Assembly (NCBI GenBank): GCA_043228905.1
Contig: JBHGNT010000016.1
Location: forward strand, 8,308,001 to 8,372,000
Origin: Azolla caroliniana
Taxonomy: Eukaryota > Plantae > Polypodiophyta
Direction: 5' to 3'
DNA length: 64,000 nt
The position numbers and the translations under genes were made by a program. Positions 12,803 to 28,800 of the stretch are shown here, one piece after another (within the stretch, counting starts at the first letter, position 1; each line of letters opens with the position of its first letter). The notes under the pieces are model-generated. The model was not told the DNA's origin, did not search any database, and saw nothing but the letters and a program-made list of their open reading frames with translations.

Positions 12803-15800
12803 GTATGTATGTATATGTTATATCGATGATAATATCAATAACCTCTTGTTTTTTATCATCTCTATCTAGTTTTCCATCACTTCTATCTTCTTTTTCCTGT
12901 TTACTGCATCATTCTGATGAATTCGCCACTACCTCTCTGCCCCAATGGTTTTTACTCTAAATATTTGTTTCCATTTTACTAGGCCTTTAATCTGGCATCC
13001 GTATCATATCCTACTTACGTTTGTACCTTTCATCTCATAGGCTCATCTGCCCTTCTTGCAAATGTTAATATAAATTTTCTTTCATATCATTTTATTTAGG
13101 CTTTTGTCACATTTTATTTTAGTCTTTAACCTTTAGTCTCATTGACTCATCCAGTCTTTAGTCACATTTTATTTTATTTACTTTGTTACATTTATTTTGG
13201 TTTATTCTCAAAGACAAGCCAACATTTAAAGATGTAATCTCTAGTTTAGTCTTATAGCCCATTTTGGGGTCTTAAAAAGACATTGATATAACTTTCTTTC
13301 TTTCTTCTTTCTCCAAGGGATCATTTTCAGTTTTATAGTCATCTCAATAATATTTAAAAAATGATCATCACAATATACACACAAATTGAACATGTGTACA
13401 TCTCAGCTTTAATTTATGTTGTCTGGCTTCTATATGAACCTTGAGTTTTTATATACTTGTGCAAGTGTATGTATGTGTGTCTATGGGTGTGGTGTTGTGT
13501 CTGTGTGTGTGTTATGGGTGAGTGTAGACCTACGTAATCAAGTACCTCTCATTCTCTGTCTGTAAATGGAACATGATAGCCCATTTTGACTCTTTCACCA
13601 AAATAGGTTTATGTTTGGTTACAGCCTGAGCCCTGGATTGACACATATGCAGCATTGTTTTAACGTTAAAATGCATTTGACATGAAGGTTACATACAATA
13701 TGAAATATGGAAGAGTTCCTTGATATTAAAGGAACAAGTATTCCTTTCCAGGTGTTTAATTGGAAACCTACATATACAAGTGTTGCTAGTAGCTACAATC
13801 TCGTATGATTGTAGCCCTTGTGACTTGTAGGAGAAGTGAATGGGCACAAGATACAGAACTTCATTTGCTATTGATTTCTCTTGAAATAGGAAACATGATA
13901 CAACCAATCACCCATTATCAGCAAATATGGTTTCCTGCTTATAAGTTGGCTAGGGTTTTCTGGACATTTTCCTGCATACCTTGACATCTCAGCCTTCCAC
14001 CATTATTTTTGCATGAATTATATTGTGAACTTTGTAGACAACGACAACACCCAAATTCTAATACGCCCACTTTGTATAGGCCACAATATTTACAAATTAC
14101 AATACCAATGGAAAAGGCTTGATTTTCCCAGATACAATATTGAAGAATATACCAAATCACAGATTCCCAAAACACACGCCCAGTGTTTGTTAGTCAACGT
14201 CATACTTAAAGAGTGTTCCAAACTAGTAAGAATCAGCCTTGGGGAGGAAGAATGAGCCTCAAGCAGGACTCAAGAAGAGCTAGAAGAAGACAAGGGGCAA
14301 AAGTTGTTTTGGAGTGTAAATAAGGGTTTTTTCCCTGATGTTTTGGAGATAGGAAGAAAGAAAGATATATTAACATCTTTTAAGAGGACAAAAAGGCCTA
14401 TGAGGCCAAACAAGAGATTGAATTTCAAGTGTTGTCTTGTCTTTGAGAACAAAACCAAAATAAATAAGTGTTACTAAGTAGAAAAAGAAATAGGGTAAAA
14501 GGAGACTAAAGAATCTTGTTATCAGTACATATAAATTCTCAAGTCAGATATGTTATAATTTTTGTCTTCAAAAGATCTCTAGCATAGGTCGATCCAGAAT
14601 GGAGATGTCTCCGAAGTGAGGGAAGCACATATGACGGCAGGAGATAATGGCATTTATTTGTCAATGACAAGGGTGGTGAGATCACTATCCATGGGGCTGG
14701 AGCCTACACGTACAACAAATTGTTATTGCCTGATCTATCGTAGCCCCCTTTGCTATGTCCTGGTCAAGGGTCCATTTTTGTGGCCCTTGATTGACTTGTA
14801 GCATGAGTAGGAGTGATGTGGCTAAAGAAAGTTATGCCTGTTCTGTGGCTGTATTCTTGTCCTTCAACAACTTTTCCTTGTGTCTCTTGAGTTCTAGCAA
14901 GAAAAGTGCCAAGCACCGTTAGTCCTCATATTCCATTACCTTGCATAGGGGGCCACCATTGCCTGGTTTAAAGAGGCAATGGTATCTCCCTCTTATTTCA
15001 TAAAAAACACTACAATGACAAACACAATGTTCTTCAAATTGCATTCCCTAATGACACAATTAGTAGATTCTTCCTTCAAGAGGTATGAGTGTATATCTGC
15101 CTACCTCAATCTCTAACTGGCATGATGAAGTTTGTAGCTGCCCAATAACGTTATGCAACACATAGGATAGATGTATGTCCATATAAGATGGCCTGATGAT
15201 GAATCCATCTCCGATGTGCGTAAAAGTGTCTTATAGTGGGCCCTCTTCATACAAGTGATATTTTAGGGCGGATCCATGTTATCTTGTTTTGCAAGTTAGT
15301 AATATCAGTTTGGGTCATTATTCTTTTCCAATTTGGTCATGTTTAGATGGGAATAGTCGAAGCTACATTGGAACAGGGGTAGTGCACTTATCCCTATGCC
15401 ATGTTGATGTGACTTGGTCCATTGTTGCATTTCAACATACCAACAATGAACTTTTCCATGTTCAACAAGTTGTTTTGATGACATAAGTGCTAAAATTCAG
15501 TTCCTTCGTTTAGGTAGCTACCAAAGCCATTGGATACAAGTCACTGGTTGGAATAATGCCTCAACGATTATACTCATTTGATCACACTAGCAAAATTGCT
15601 CTCACAATTTTTAAGATTATATTATTATTCTTTTAGGTGATCCAAATACTTCTTCAAAGAGAGAACAATAGCATATAGTTCAATGAGAAACATGATCTCT
15701 AATTCAACCCCTGGAAATATAATTGTAGATATGTGGGAGAGGGTGCCTTTTCTACCTGCACAAGTTGTTGACGTATATAAAACCATTTTGACTTCCTATC

Positions 15801-16824
15801 AGATGATTGTGGTGGAGTGCATCCCGCTGTTGATAAAATCTGCAGTGGCAAAATCAATTCAATCCTATTTTTAACAAGAGAAAAATGAAAGGCAAATTCA
15901 ACATAAAAGTCTTTTAGAGAACTCACTTTTGCAACATCTTTTCTTTCATGTTTCTTTACACCACTCCATGTCCAGATTGCTTCTAATATACTAGTATGGT
16001 TTATATGTATCTCATATAAATTACTATGTATACACCTTGACAGAATGTCAATAGCCACCTGAAAAAGTTATATGCATACCACATATTAATTCTGCTTCAG
16101 TACTTCAAATCTCAAATGGACCTTATAAAATTGTAAACAGAAACATGTAATGATACAAGTAACAATGTCACAGTATGCAACATATCAGGATACCCCATAC
16201 CTTGATAGTTTCAGCTTCTGCGAGTCCAAGCGAATCTCCAATAATATCAAAATCCCCCTACATAAACAAGTTTTAATTGCTGCAATGTCCAGTACAGATT
16301 TTATGATATTTTATGCATTATAAAGGTAGAAAGACAAAAATGTAATGGCTCTTTTTGATACTTCATATAGGACCCATAATTTATCCCGGGGAAGACGTAC
16401 ATAACTAAGATAGCATTATGTGGGACAAACTAAGTCACCCTTCATGAATAGAACTTTCTAAGTTAAATTGATGGTGCTTCACACCACACAAGAATGGATA
16501 AAAAGATCGGAGCTACAGGAGAGGAAAAGGTGACATACCTACACATACCTAGGAGTAACATTCACAAGGCCTCAGTTCTCCCTACAAAAGAGAAACTGTG
16601 CTCAACTTTCTCATGGATATGCTGCCCTCGTTGTATTATGATCACTTACTAATGATACGCAATTAGTTATAAAGTTTGACAAAAAGCATGGATTAAGAGT
16701 GCTCGTCCACAACAGCCACAATAAGGCTTACAATGAAAATTACCTGGTAATACTCTTCCGGAGCATTTGGACCTGTGGCTTTTCGATAAACTTGTGATAT
16801 CTCAAACCGCTTTATCGAAGTGAC
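9737..16824 (-). CDS. GCN2: GCN2 exons 19-29 (HisRS-like and C-terminal domain, stop at 9737-9739)
   Basis: [84 protein letters not shown]. Confidence 0.9.
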
Positions 16825-19800
16825 CTACATCAATTGCGGCATAAAATGAAGACATAAAACAAGAAAGAAGATCATGACTTTTTAATCCCCCATGTGTTCA
16901 GATTTTGACAATGCCATCAGTTTTAATCTGTTTCCTTAGATGGACTTACTGTATAAATAGAAACGTCCCATCTTTCAGGAATGATAATTCCCAGCAAAAA
17001 TCCAGGTTTGAATAGAAATCCTTGTTCTTTAACGAAAGATAATTCCTAACCACTATCCAGATTTGAATAGAAATTTCTATTTTTTACACATATAATTCTT
17101 AGCCACTACCCTTTAGTGTACATAAATATTGTTAGGTGTAAAGGCACGTAGTTCACAAATTAGGTAATTATTCGTATATGTGAACACATTGTTCACCTGA
17201 ACAGGACACCTTCTTTTGTAATGTGAACACACCTCTTTCTTTTTAGGGTTAATTAATATAATAACCTTTTTTCTTGTGTACCAATCAAGGCGGTTGGGTA
17301 CACCAAAAATCCCTGTGTCTTTACTCTCATCTCTACTAAAGTCCTGTTTGCTGAACATCATCCCTCAATAGCTGCTCCCTCAAACATCCCTCTTTACCTT
17401 TAACTGGTATCAGAGCCAAATCTCTTTCCTCTGCTTTGCTGTTTTTTTTAGATTCAGAAAACACTACAGTTTTTCTTTCAATTCTTTCAGAACCTTTCCG
17501 ATAGGTATTCTGCTCAATTTCTGAAGAAATCTGTCATAAATCTTGGGACCAATGGCCTCCACTTCAACTGAAGTGAAAAACCTCTTTGAAATCAAGAGAT
17601 TTGATGGAAAAAGTTTCAAATTGTGGAAAGAGCGTATGCTGGCCATCCTTTTCCTGAGAGATTGTGAAGATGCTTTTGTGGAAAAGAAACCAGAGGGCAT
17701 GGAAAATGATGCTTGGAACATTATGAATAAGAAAGCCATTACATATATTAAAATGGCTGTTTCTAATGAGATTCTTGTAGATATAAAGGGCTTGATTACT
17801 GCCCATCAAGTCTGGAAGAAACTTAAGACAACTTATGAGATTACACTCCTGTGAATCAGGTGCATTTGATGAGAAAACTTGTCAATATGAGGCTTGATGA
17901 GTCGAAAAGTGCAACAGAGCATCCATCGTTATTCACAGGTACTCTCTCCCAACTACAAGATTCAGGATTACCAGATTTTGATGACAAGCTCAAAGCTATC
18001 TTCTTACTTATGACTTTACCCGATTCTTGGGAAACATTAGTTGTTTCACTGTCTAATCACCCCAACTTGATCTTCGATGTTGTGTGGGGCTCTATTCTCA
18101 ATGAAGAGATTAGAAGAAAATCTGTCGGAGAAGGTAGTGGTTCAGCATACAATATTAGGGGGAGATATGATAACAGGAACCCAAATGTAGGACAAAGAAA
18201 TAGAAGTAAGAGTAGAGGGAAAGGAAAGCAACAAGATATCACATGCTATCTTTGTGGCCGTAAAGGTCATAAGAAACCTGATAGTAGATATTTGAAGATG
18301 GAATTAGAAAGGACGATAAATGTAGGAGAGAAGAAAAACAAAGATTATAAGATTAATACAACAGAGAAAGCTAATATGGCCCCAAATGTTATCATTGAAG
18401 ACCTATCTGGTGAAGATGGTGATGTGCTTTGTATTACAGGTGATGCCTTCATAGCTCATGTTCAAGACATGCAAATCACCAAAACAGATGTTATTGATGC
18501 TTTATTGTCAATTCATGATGGATTGACGCAGACATGGATAGTAGACTCTGGGGCTTCTTTTCATGTTACTCCATGTTTGGAGTGCTTTACCACATTTGAT
18601 GCAAGCAATTATAGAAAAGTTTATCTTCATATCAATAGTGCTTACAATATTGATGGTATTAGCACCATACACTTGTCTTTGGATAATGGTCAAGAGCTCA
18701 TGCTCAAAGATGCCAGGTATATAGCTAGCATTAAGAAAAGTTTGCTATCTGTAGGATAGATGGATTTTCATGGTTACACCACATTATTCGGTGGTGGATT
18801 GTGGAACTTAAGAAAGGATCTATGGTTATTGTGAAAGGTTGCAAAAAGGGCACTCTCTACTGTTTGCAATGTAAAGCTTTACCTGGAAGGTTTCTTGCTA
18901 TTGCTGAATTTGATTCTCGTTTAGAGATTTGGCATAAGAGATTAGGGCATATGAGCCAAAAAGGACTTGAAGTCCTTTCTACTCTAAAAAGACTTGACGT
19001 TAAAAGGATCAAAGCTGGTTTTTTGTAATGATTGTCTATTTGGCAAACAAGTGAGAAATTCTTATTATTCTGGTGTCTCTCATAAACCAAGTGTGCTAGA
19101 TTTGGTGCATTCTGATGTATGTAGAATGCCTGTAAAATCTTTGGGCAGTGCTGCATATTTTATTTCCTTTATCGATGATTATTCTAGGATGATTTGGGTG
19201 TACTTGATGAAAAAAAAATGTTATGCATTTAAATCTTTTCATGCATTTGTGACTACCCAAAAAGGGACAAAACTGAAATGTCTTAGAACAGATAATGGGG
19301 GTGAGTTTACATCTGTAGAATTTAAGTCCTTTTGTGATTTACATGGTATTAAAAGAGAGCTTACAGCTCCATATAACCCTTCATCAAATGGGGTAGCAGA
19401 AAGGTATAATAGGACATTATGTGAGCGAGTACGGTGCATGCTGTCCACAGCTAATCTCCCTCATGAATTTTGGGGAGAAGAATTAAAAACCGTGGTTCAT
19501 ATATGCAATCATTCTCCTAAAAAGTCCTTAAAGAATGGAATCCCTGGGGAGGTTTGGTCTAGCAAACCAGCCTCATATGACCATTTACGAATTTTCGGTT
19601 GTGATGCATTTGTACACATTAGAAGTGAGCTCAGAAACAAGCTCGATGCTAGGTCCACCATGGGCATTTTTATGGGCTATGGTGATGAAGGTGAAATGGG
19701 CTATAGGATTTGGTTACCTCAGTCCCAAAAAAAATTGTACACAACTGGGATGTTTCTAATGAAGAAAAATTGCTGAAAAATGCTTGTTCCTCTGTTGGGA

Positions 19801-22800
19801 ACTCTAAGAGCGTTACATTTCAGCAATTACAGCCATCCATAAAATCTGAAAATAAACCTCATGATGATATACCAAAGGTTGAATATGATCATCAACCAAT
19901 TATCCTTGAGCCAGAAGTTGGACAGCAAAGAGATGCTCATGAAGGTGTTGGACAACGAGATGAAGGTACTGAACAACAAAATATAGATATTGAACAACAT
20001 GCTAGACATGGTTTGCAACAGCCAGAAAGTGCTGAAACTGATTTTCCTCCAGATTTAGAACCAATCCCAGAAAATACTGATCATTGGGTACGTAGGTCTA
20101 ATCGTTTAAGGAGGCAGGTATATAGATATGACCCCTCTTTGCATTATATCATGTTGTCAGATGAGGGTGAACCTCTACTTATGAGGAGGCAATGTCATGT
20201 GAATTTAGCAGTAAGTGGGAGCTTGCAATGCAAGAAGAGATAAAATCTTTGTATGCAAATGATACTTGGGATCTTGTGTCCTTACCTGAAGGAAGGAAAG
20301 CTCTTCCAAGTAAATGGGTTTATAAAGTAAAGAAAATTGAAGGGAAACCAAATACAAGGCAAGATTAGTTGCCAAGGGTTATGCACAGAAGGAAGGTATT
20401 GACTTCCAAGTGGTTTTCCCTCTTGTTGTGAAGATGACCACACTTCCTGTGCTATTTGCTCTCACTGCAATGCTTAATCTGGAGTTGTACCAAATGGATG
20501 TAAAGAGTGCTTTTTAGCATGGTGATATTGATGAAGAGATCTACATGAAACAACCTAAGGGTTTTGTAGTCCCTAACAAGGAGCATTTGGTATGCAAACT
20601 AAAACGTAGCTTGTATGGCCTAAAACAAGCACCACAACGGTAGTATAAGAAGTTTGATACTTTTATGCTTTCTCAAGGTTTTGATCGTACCTATGCAGAT
20701 CATTGTTTATACACGAAAAAGGATATCGATGACAGTCCCATCATACTTGTTCTATATGTGGATGATATGTTGCTAGCTAAGTCTTGATGCTCTAAAAGAT
20801 CAACTGAAATCGGTCTTCTCAATGAAAGATTTGGGAAATGCAGAGCATATTTTGGGCATGAGAATCAGTGGAAATAGAAAGGACAAATTGTTGTTTTTGT
20901 CACAAGAAAAGTACATTGAAAAAGTGCTTAACAGATTTAATATGGCAGAAGCAAAGTCCCTTGGAGTTCCTTTGGCTTCATATCTTAAACTAGCAAGGCT
21001 GATTGTCCAAAAGATGAGATAGAAGTCAATGCTATGAAGGGAATTCCTTATGCATCAGCATGTGGTTCTCTAATGTATGTTATGGTAGCTACTCGTCCAG
21101 ATATTGCTTATGCAATGGGAGTTGTCAGTCACTATATGTCTAATCCCGGCAAAGCACATTGGGAGGCTGTCAAGTGTGTTTTCAGGTATCTTAAAGGTAC
21201 ACAGAGAAAATGTTTATGATATGGGAAGGGTGCATTAAGTTTGCGGGGATATTGTGATGCAGACATGGCAGGTGACTTGGATACACGTAAGTCTACTAGC
21301 AGGTAAATATTTACAAGTGCTCCTGGAGCAATGTCTTGGTGCTCCAAATTGCAAAAGATTGTAGCAGTGAGTACTACTGAAGCTGAATATATTTCAGCTA
21401 CAGAAGCTATATGGCTCAGCAGACTTGCTGAAGATCTTGCCATGTCTGTTAGTACTCCTGTGTTAGGATGTGATAGCCAGAGTGCTGTGGATCTGGCTAA
21501 GAATGCCATGTTTCATTCACGCACCAAACACATTGATGTGCAACATCACTTTATCAGACAAGTTTTGGAGGATGGTCTAGTCACATTGACCAAGATCAAA
21601 ACACAAGATAATCCAGATATTCTCACTAAAAGTCTTGCCAATGCTCAACATGAGCATTGCATACAGTTAGTGGGAGTTACTTGAATGTTCACATTGAACC
21701 TTTAAGTGGGAGGTTGTTAGGTGTAAAGGCCCGTCGTTCACAAATTGGGTAATTATTCGTATATGTGAACACATTGTTCGCCTGAACAGGACACCTTCTT
21801 TTGTAATGTGAACACACCTCTTTCTTTTTAGGGTTAACTAATATAATAACCTTTTTTCTTGTGTACCAATCAAGGTGGTTGGGTACACCAAAAATCCGTG
21901 TGTCTCTACTCTCATCTCTACTATAGTCCTGTTTGTTGAACATCATCCCTCAATAGCTACTCCCTCAAACATCCCTCTTTACCTTTAAATATTTTCAGTG
22001 TATGTATCATACTCAAGTTTCCATGAGAAATGGAATATGGTAATCTACCTTGTGTTCTCCAAGTCAGGACTCAGAATAAAAGACAAAATGATCTCTTCAT
22101 CTATCTTGAAACTATTCTAAACATTCACACAATCCCAAAGAAATCTCCCTTTCCTCAATTCATCTATAATGCTCACCCTACAGAAATTCTTGCTGGTACA
22201 TTTCGTTGATTAAAAAATGAAAATAGCAAATTATCTGTGAAATCTCGAATGTAAATGTGCACCATCCATATAAAAGGTCCTTAGAAGTGTTGAAATTAAT
22301 AAGAAGACAAATAGAGAGTGTAAATAATGGTCGCATCAAATGGGACAGTAAATACAAAGATAAATATGTAAAATAACTAGGATAGTACTCTTGGTTGCAT
22401 AGTTTTGGCCGATATCTCAGTTAATGACTATAGACAGATGCCTTGTAAAGTAACAATGATATTCCAATAAAGTGCATTCTGAACACAGCAATGATAATCA
22501 AGACTCCACAACCACATCCCATGTTTTTCTCCATTCCATATCTTCCATATTCTTTGCCATCCAAGATGATCCCTATTAATCTCAATATGTCTTATCTATG
22601 TTTAGTCTGCTTGCATGAAGATAAATATTTGTCTAGTAAAGGATGCATCTAACTGGTTGCGCCTTGCGCCTCCTATTGCGCTATGCAAATATACATTATA
22701 AGGCATTTATGGTTGAACTACACAATGTTGGCCTGATGATTGATCAGCAATTAGAAGAAAATGGAATTCTGCAAAGAATTGTTACTTTTATTTCTGATTC

Positions 22801-25800
22801 CTGACGTAATGGTTATCCAAAACATTTTCCACGAAAATATGCCAGCTAAAAATAATCTTGAGAGTGTTAAGAGAAAGCAAAGATTTCATACTAGGACAAA
22901 ATAATTAACATCAAAAGTTTGAAAGCTGAATAGTTTTGAGTTTATTGGCTAAATAAAGTTCACCATGTAGTTAATGGTAAGACAAATAAAACTACCATAG
23001 TTTCAAATTTATTTAAAATGAAACAAGCCATTAGGAAGGATTTTCGTCTTCATGTGAAAGTTAAAGAAAAGTGTATTGATTATGAAACTAAATTTCCTTA
23101 GAAACCATTTAGAAACTCCAATCACGGAGACATCAAATGTTCACTCACACCATTATTTGTTAGTCTTTCGGAGTGTTTTGACTTATTTTCACCCTGGATT
23201 TTTTCTATATTTACTTTTGCTTCCATTCAAGAAAAGGAAAAAAAAATACACAGAAGAACAAAAGGCACAAACCTCATTTGCAGCTACCCAATATACAAAT
23301 CGCCTACGCATCTCAGATCGCACTTCTAACATTCTTCCAGCTGAATCTATCATTGTCACCATCTGGTTTCTTTGGAGTGCAATTTCATAAAGATCATCAT
23401 TAGACATAAGAACTAAATATTATACAATGGACATGAGACTTCAGTATCATTGAATAGAAAAGTTGCCAGATCTAGTGACATGACCTTTGCCTCAAACTTC
23501 CAAGAATAAGATAAGCCATATCGCTTTCAGCATGATTGTGCCAGACTAGCCATAGAATGATAACATAGTAGGCTTGCATGAGGCATGTGTGTCATATGCA
23601 GTGCATTTTTCTACAGATTTTATGCACATGGATGGATTAAGACAGTTATACCTGTGGAGTAAATGTCCATCATCGATCAAGCTAATGCTGCTTGTATTGA
23701 ATCCTTGTGCTCCATGAGAGGAAAAGACATCCTTGGCAATTTCAAGAACTCGATCCTGTAGTGATGTCCTCTCAGTGCAGGAATAATTCAGTTGGGCTCT
23801 ATTGAGATTTTGAGCAATTAATGATATCCTTTCTTGATCAAAGAGAGCAGACATTATTTGGTCTATCACAAATGAATTTTCAGCTCTTTGAATTGTGCGC
23901 AGGACATCTATACCAAGAGAAAAATAGCAATAATGTTTACGTTAGATAGTTTCTAAGAATATTCTATTAAAACTTCCTAATTCTACCTCATTCCAGGGGT
24001 TTCATGTTTTGGTATAATCACATTCACAATTAAATTTCCTAATTCTACCTCATTCCAGGGATTTCATGTTTTGATATAATCACATTCACATTAGCTTTCA
24101 TGTTTTGGTAAGTAGCATCTATTAATGTGTCATAGAAAGTGGACAATTCAGCCCACAAATAGGGTTTTGTCCTTGTAGGTTTTCCCATAGACTTGAAAAG
24201 TTTATTCATTGCCTTCTTAAAGCTTAACACTCTATATCCATCCACTCTGGGTTGTTTATATTTACAGCTGATCGACATTACAAAGACAATATAATAACCA
24301 TTCACAATTAGTTTTGGTTTGTGACATTGAATAATGTGGCATCAAAAGTGAGCATTTCAGTGACAAACAGGCTATCGTGCTTTTCCTATAGACTTGAAAA
24401 AGTTTACTTGCACCTTCTTACCCAGATTTCTTTTTCATCATTGCACACAGAATGATGATTATTTACTGAATATTCAAAATTATTTACTGAATTATCGTGT
24501 TCTTTCTTGAATATTCAAAATTATTTACTGATGTATCAAACGCAAATTATGTGAATATCTACTATAGATCATTAATATGTACAGTATTTAACACATATGT
24601 ATACGTATGCATAGACAATTCTTACCATAAAGTGCTTCATCTTCCATTCGAGGTGGCAAACAATTTCTTAGCACATGCATAGCAGATGGGCGATCTGCAG
24701 GATTTGCTGACATGAGGCTTTGCACTAGTGCTGCTTGTTGCGGATATTCTAGAACCCACGAGTGTGGTAAACCTTTTGTTTTCAAATCATTCAATGTTAT
24801 ATACCTTTCCATGGAAGTTTTAAAAGGATGCCAAAGTTCAAACAGAATCACTCCTAAGCTATACATATCAACCTGCAATTTGACAGTTTATTTTAGAGTT
24901 CAAAATTAAGAAACATACATGTTCTATTCATCAATATAAATGGGTGTTGTCTAGGAGATACCTTCTCATCAATGGTTGGCCATCCTTGTGCAATCTCTGG
25001 AGCTGTATAGAAATAAGTGCCAACTTGACCCGTTCCATCCAGAGAACCGGTGTTTATATCACTCAGGAGTGGTTCTTTATCTGTCTGCTCTAAACTTGTA
25101 AACTTCGCTGAGAACAAGCAGCAGCTCACGAGTAAACTTTGTTTATGTGTGTATTTAAAACAACTACAAAGTGAATTCCATTGAGATTTACCTAGTCCAA
25201 AATCTCCAATCTTGATAGCATCACATACATCAAAAAATATGTTATTGGGAGTCAGATCTCGATGAATTATCCGTTGTCCATGAATATGGGCTAACCCTTC
25301 CACAATTTGCCGAAACATTCTCCAAGAAGTCACATCATCCAATGCTTCTTCAGGCTCATCAAGTATTTCTCTTAATGTCCTACAACATTTGGTAATCCAC
25401 CATCATTAAAATTGTACTACAAGTTAGCAACTAATGAAAATCACTATCAATGAGCTAGACAAGATCTATGATAGTCTCTAACATGGTTTTATTGTCAAAA
25501 ATGCACATGAAAATTTCACATATGATACAAAACATTTAACACTCTCATTTAACACTCTATATGAAACTTACATGCAACCCATAAAATACTACAAGAAGAT
25601 TCCACAAACCACAAGTCCAGAAAGTATTGCATATCAAACATAGTGGAGTGGAACCAAAACAAAACAAGTTGCTTTCCATTGTACAATGCATGGATTAGTA
25701 TCTATAGCATGTGGTTGTCTAAAGGCAGCAATAGTAAATTTTGGAGAGACATTTTCAGCAGTGATGAAACATGGTCTCATGCATTGATGTTTAATAAATT

Positions 25801-28800
25801 GATTCTCACTTATACCCACAGATGTGTAATTGACTTTTACAGATAATAAGTGGATCAACCAGTAAGCACTGTCCCAAGTGTTGCAATACCAATACAACAG
25901 CTCCAGTGCATGATGTATGGACTCTCCCAAGTGCTGTAATAGTGATTCGCCAGATTCACGGTGCATCCTTGATGTTGAAACAAGTGTAAAAGGAAAAATG
26001 TGATGCAGCCACTAATTTAGTTACCTAAGCATGCAAATGTGGACCCTATGCCATAACGACCCTGTACAATTGATTACCTTGTGGCATTGAAATAGATGAT
26101 CTGGCATCGTTCCAATACAGTCTTGACTGACCCTTTCTGGATCTAATCCCCAAATAATTGAATCATCTAATCAAAATGGACATTGCAAAGCTGACTACAA
26201 AATGAGCTGGGGTGAACCCACCACTCCCCCCTAGGCACAAGAATGCAACATTACAAGGACAATTTCTTGCATATAACACCAGATGGTTTTGTTGCCTGCC
26301 CCAGCCACATTCATAACTACCTCTCACATAGCATGCATAGCATAATGGGATAGATTTGAATGTCATCACAGTAATTGTGGATAGAGATAGGGAGATATGG
26401 TCTGGAACAAATATCAGCTTCTGCCAGTGATTCTGTCTACAGCTTGTAACAGAGAAGCACATTCACCAACATCCGCCCTCAAGAGCTCAACTAGCAATAC
26501 AACATGCCCTACAGGATTCGCCCTTAAAAGAGCTAAGCTCTCTGTTGCACAAAACCATGACCTCACTACCTCAAAAAGGTAAAAAGTAGGCATTGCCCAT
26601 CGTGGAGGTCATAGGCCACATAATAGTAAACGTTTTGATCTAGAATATTCAAGAACTTACTTACTTAAGGCAAACCTCAATTATAGCTATTAATTTATTT
26701 ACAAACCATCTATCACATTTATGCTAAGATACAATTATGTCAGTTTTATACATTTCCAAAAATCCGTTGATCACGTAGGTTATATTGGCCTTCCATAGAC
26801 AATAATATTACTTTCTTTTTCTTTTTCCCAATCGATTTTCATATATCTCTATTGCGCTTAAGAGCTTAGTTATATGTTGCCCATGTTTGCTTAGCACAAT
26901 CTTCAGTCAAACTTTACTAGGTTAAACTGCAATATCTTTAGTCATGCTTGGCTAGCTTGAACTATGTCAGTGACTAGGGGCTGAAAATGTAACTAAGGCA
27001 ACTTATGAAGGCAGCACGAGAATTAGGGTTTATGTCAAAAACAGAGAGGGAGAGGGTCTGAGTGAGAGAGAGAGATGCACGCTGTCTTGGGTACAAAGAG
27101 TGTACCTCTTTTTTGGTTTTTAGATATTATGTATATACAAGTCAAAAATGTGCTACGAGTGCGTTCACACTCGTGCACTAATAAAAGGCACGATGGCCCT
27201 TTATTCCCAACAACCTCCCACCTAAAGGCAATGTGCCATGAGAGAAAATAAAGAAAGTCAGCTAAGTCCAAGTATGTACAAAGCTGAACTGCATACATCT
27301 ATCCAACTCCCATCATCTGTCGGCAGTGAGCAAATCGCTCAGCTGGAAGACCCTTCGTGAGAAGATCTGCAGGACTATTATTTGTATGCACTTTGACAAG
27401 CTCAATGTTCTTGCTGTCAAGTACATCTCTGATGAAGTGATACTTCACCTCTATGTGCTTTGTCTTTGCATGAAAGACGGGATTCCGAGCTAGCATGATA
27501 GCACTCTGGCTGTCACAATAAAGAATAGGTAACTCTGTAATGCCAAGATCTCTCACTAGATATGAAAGCCATAAAGCCTCTTTGCATGCCTCAGTGGCAG
27601 CAACATACTCTGCCTCTGTAGTAGACAATACAACACACTTCTGTAGTCTGGAGATCTAAGAGACCGCTCCTCCTGTGAAAGTAAACACATACCCAAAAGT
27701 AGACTTCCTGCAGTCTGCGTGACCAGCATAGTCCGCATCCGTAAAACCAACGACAGATGCCTTTTGCTTTCCAAAGCAAATGCCCAAGTCCTTTGTGCCT
27801 TTGAGGTATCTCATAATACCTTTCACCGCTTCCCAATGCTTTTTGCCGGGATTTGCCATATACCTACTAACCACTCCCACTGCAAAGGCAATATCAGCGC
27901 GTGTAGCAACCATCGCATATATCAAACTGCCAACGGCTGAAGCATATGGAACCTTAGCCATTTCAGCCTTCTCATCATCAGATGTAGGGCTGTCTTCTGC
28001 ACTGAGTTTCAAATATGGAGGTAATGGAACCCCAATTGTTTCCCCCCCCCCCTCCATATTGAAACGTTGCAAAACCTTAGAGATATACTCCTGCTGAGAT
28101 AGAAAGAGTACCCCTTTCGACCGGTTTCGGAGTATTCGCATGCCAAGGATGTGATTTGCATCACCAAGATCCTTCATATCAAAGCTGCCATGAAGGCTTT
28201 GCTTCAATGAATTCAAGGCATGAACATCCTTGCCAGCAATCAACATATCATCAACATACAAAACCAAGATAATCAGGCTGCCATCTCCTGCCTTCTTGGT
28301 GTACAAGTAGTGGTCCACTTGACTTCTACGAAAACCTTGAGACTGCATAAATGCATCAAATTTATGATACCATTCTCTTGGTGCTTGTTTCAACCCATAC
28401 AAACTCCTTTGAGCATACAAACCATCTTCTCTTTGCCTTTAGCCACAAAACCTTCAGGCTGCTGCATATATATGTCTTCATGTAGATCGCCATGTAAAAA
28501 GGTGGTCTTCACATCCATCTGTATGAGCTCCATATCTTCAGCTACAACTAAGCCCAAAATGATTCTTAATGTAGTCATCTTGACTACAGGCGAGAAGATC
28601 TCATCAAAATCAACTCCATATTCCTGCTTGTATCCTTTTGCAACCAATCTTGCTTTGTACTTTGGCAAGGAATCAGAAATGACCTTCATTTTATAAACCC
28701 ATTTGCATGGAAGTGTTTTCTGCCCTTTAGGCAACTGCGCCAAATCCCAAGTGTCATTTTTCTCAAGAGATTCCATCTCTGACAACATGGCTTTATACCA

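Noticed and set aside
25600-26600. Possible hAT or LINE remnant in intron 13
   Set aside because: Only vague motif resemblance; cannot be assigned by eye
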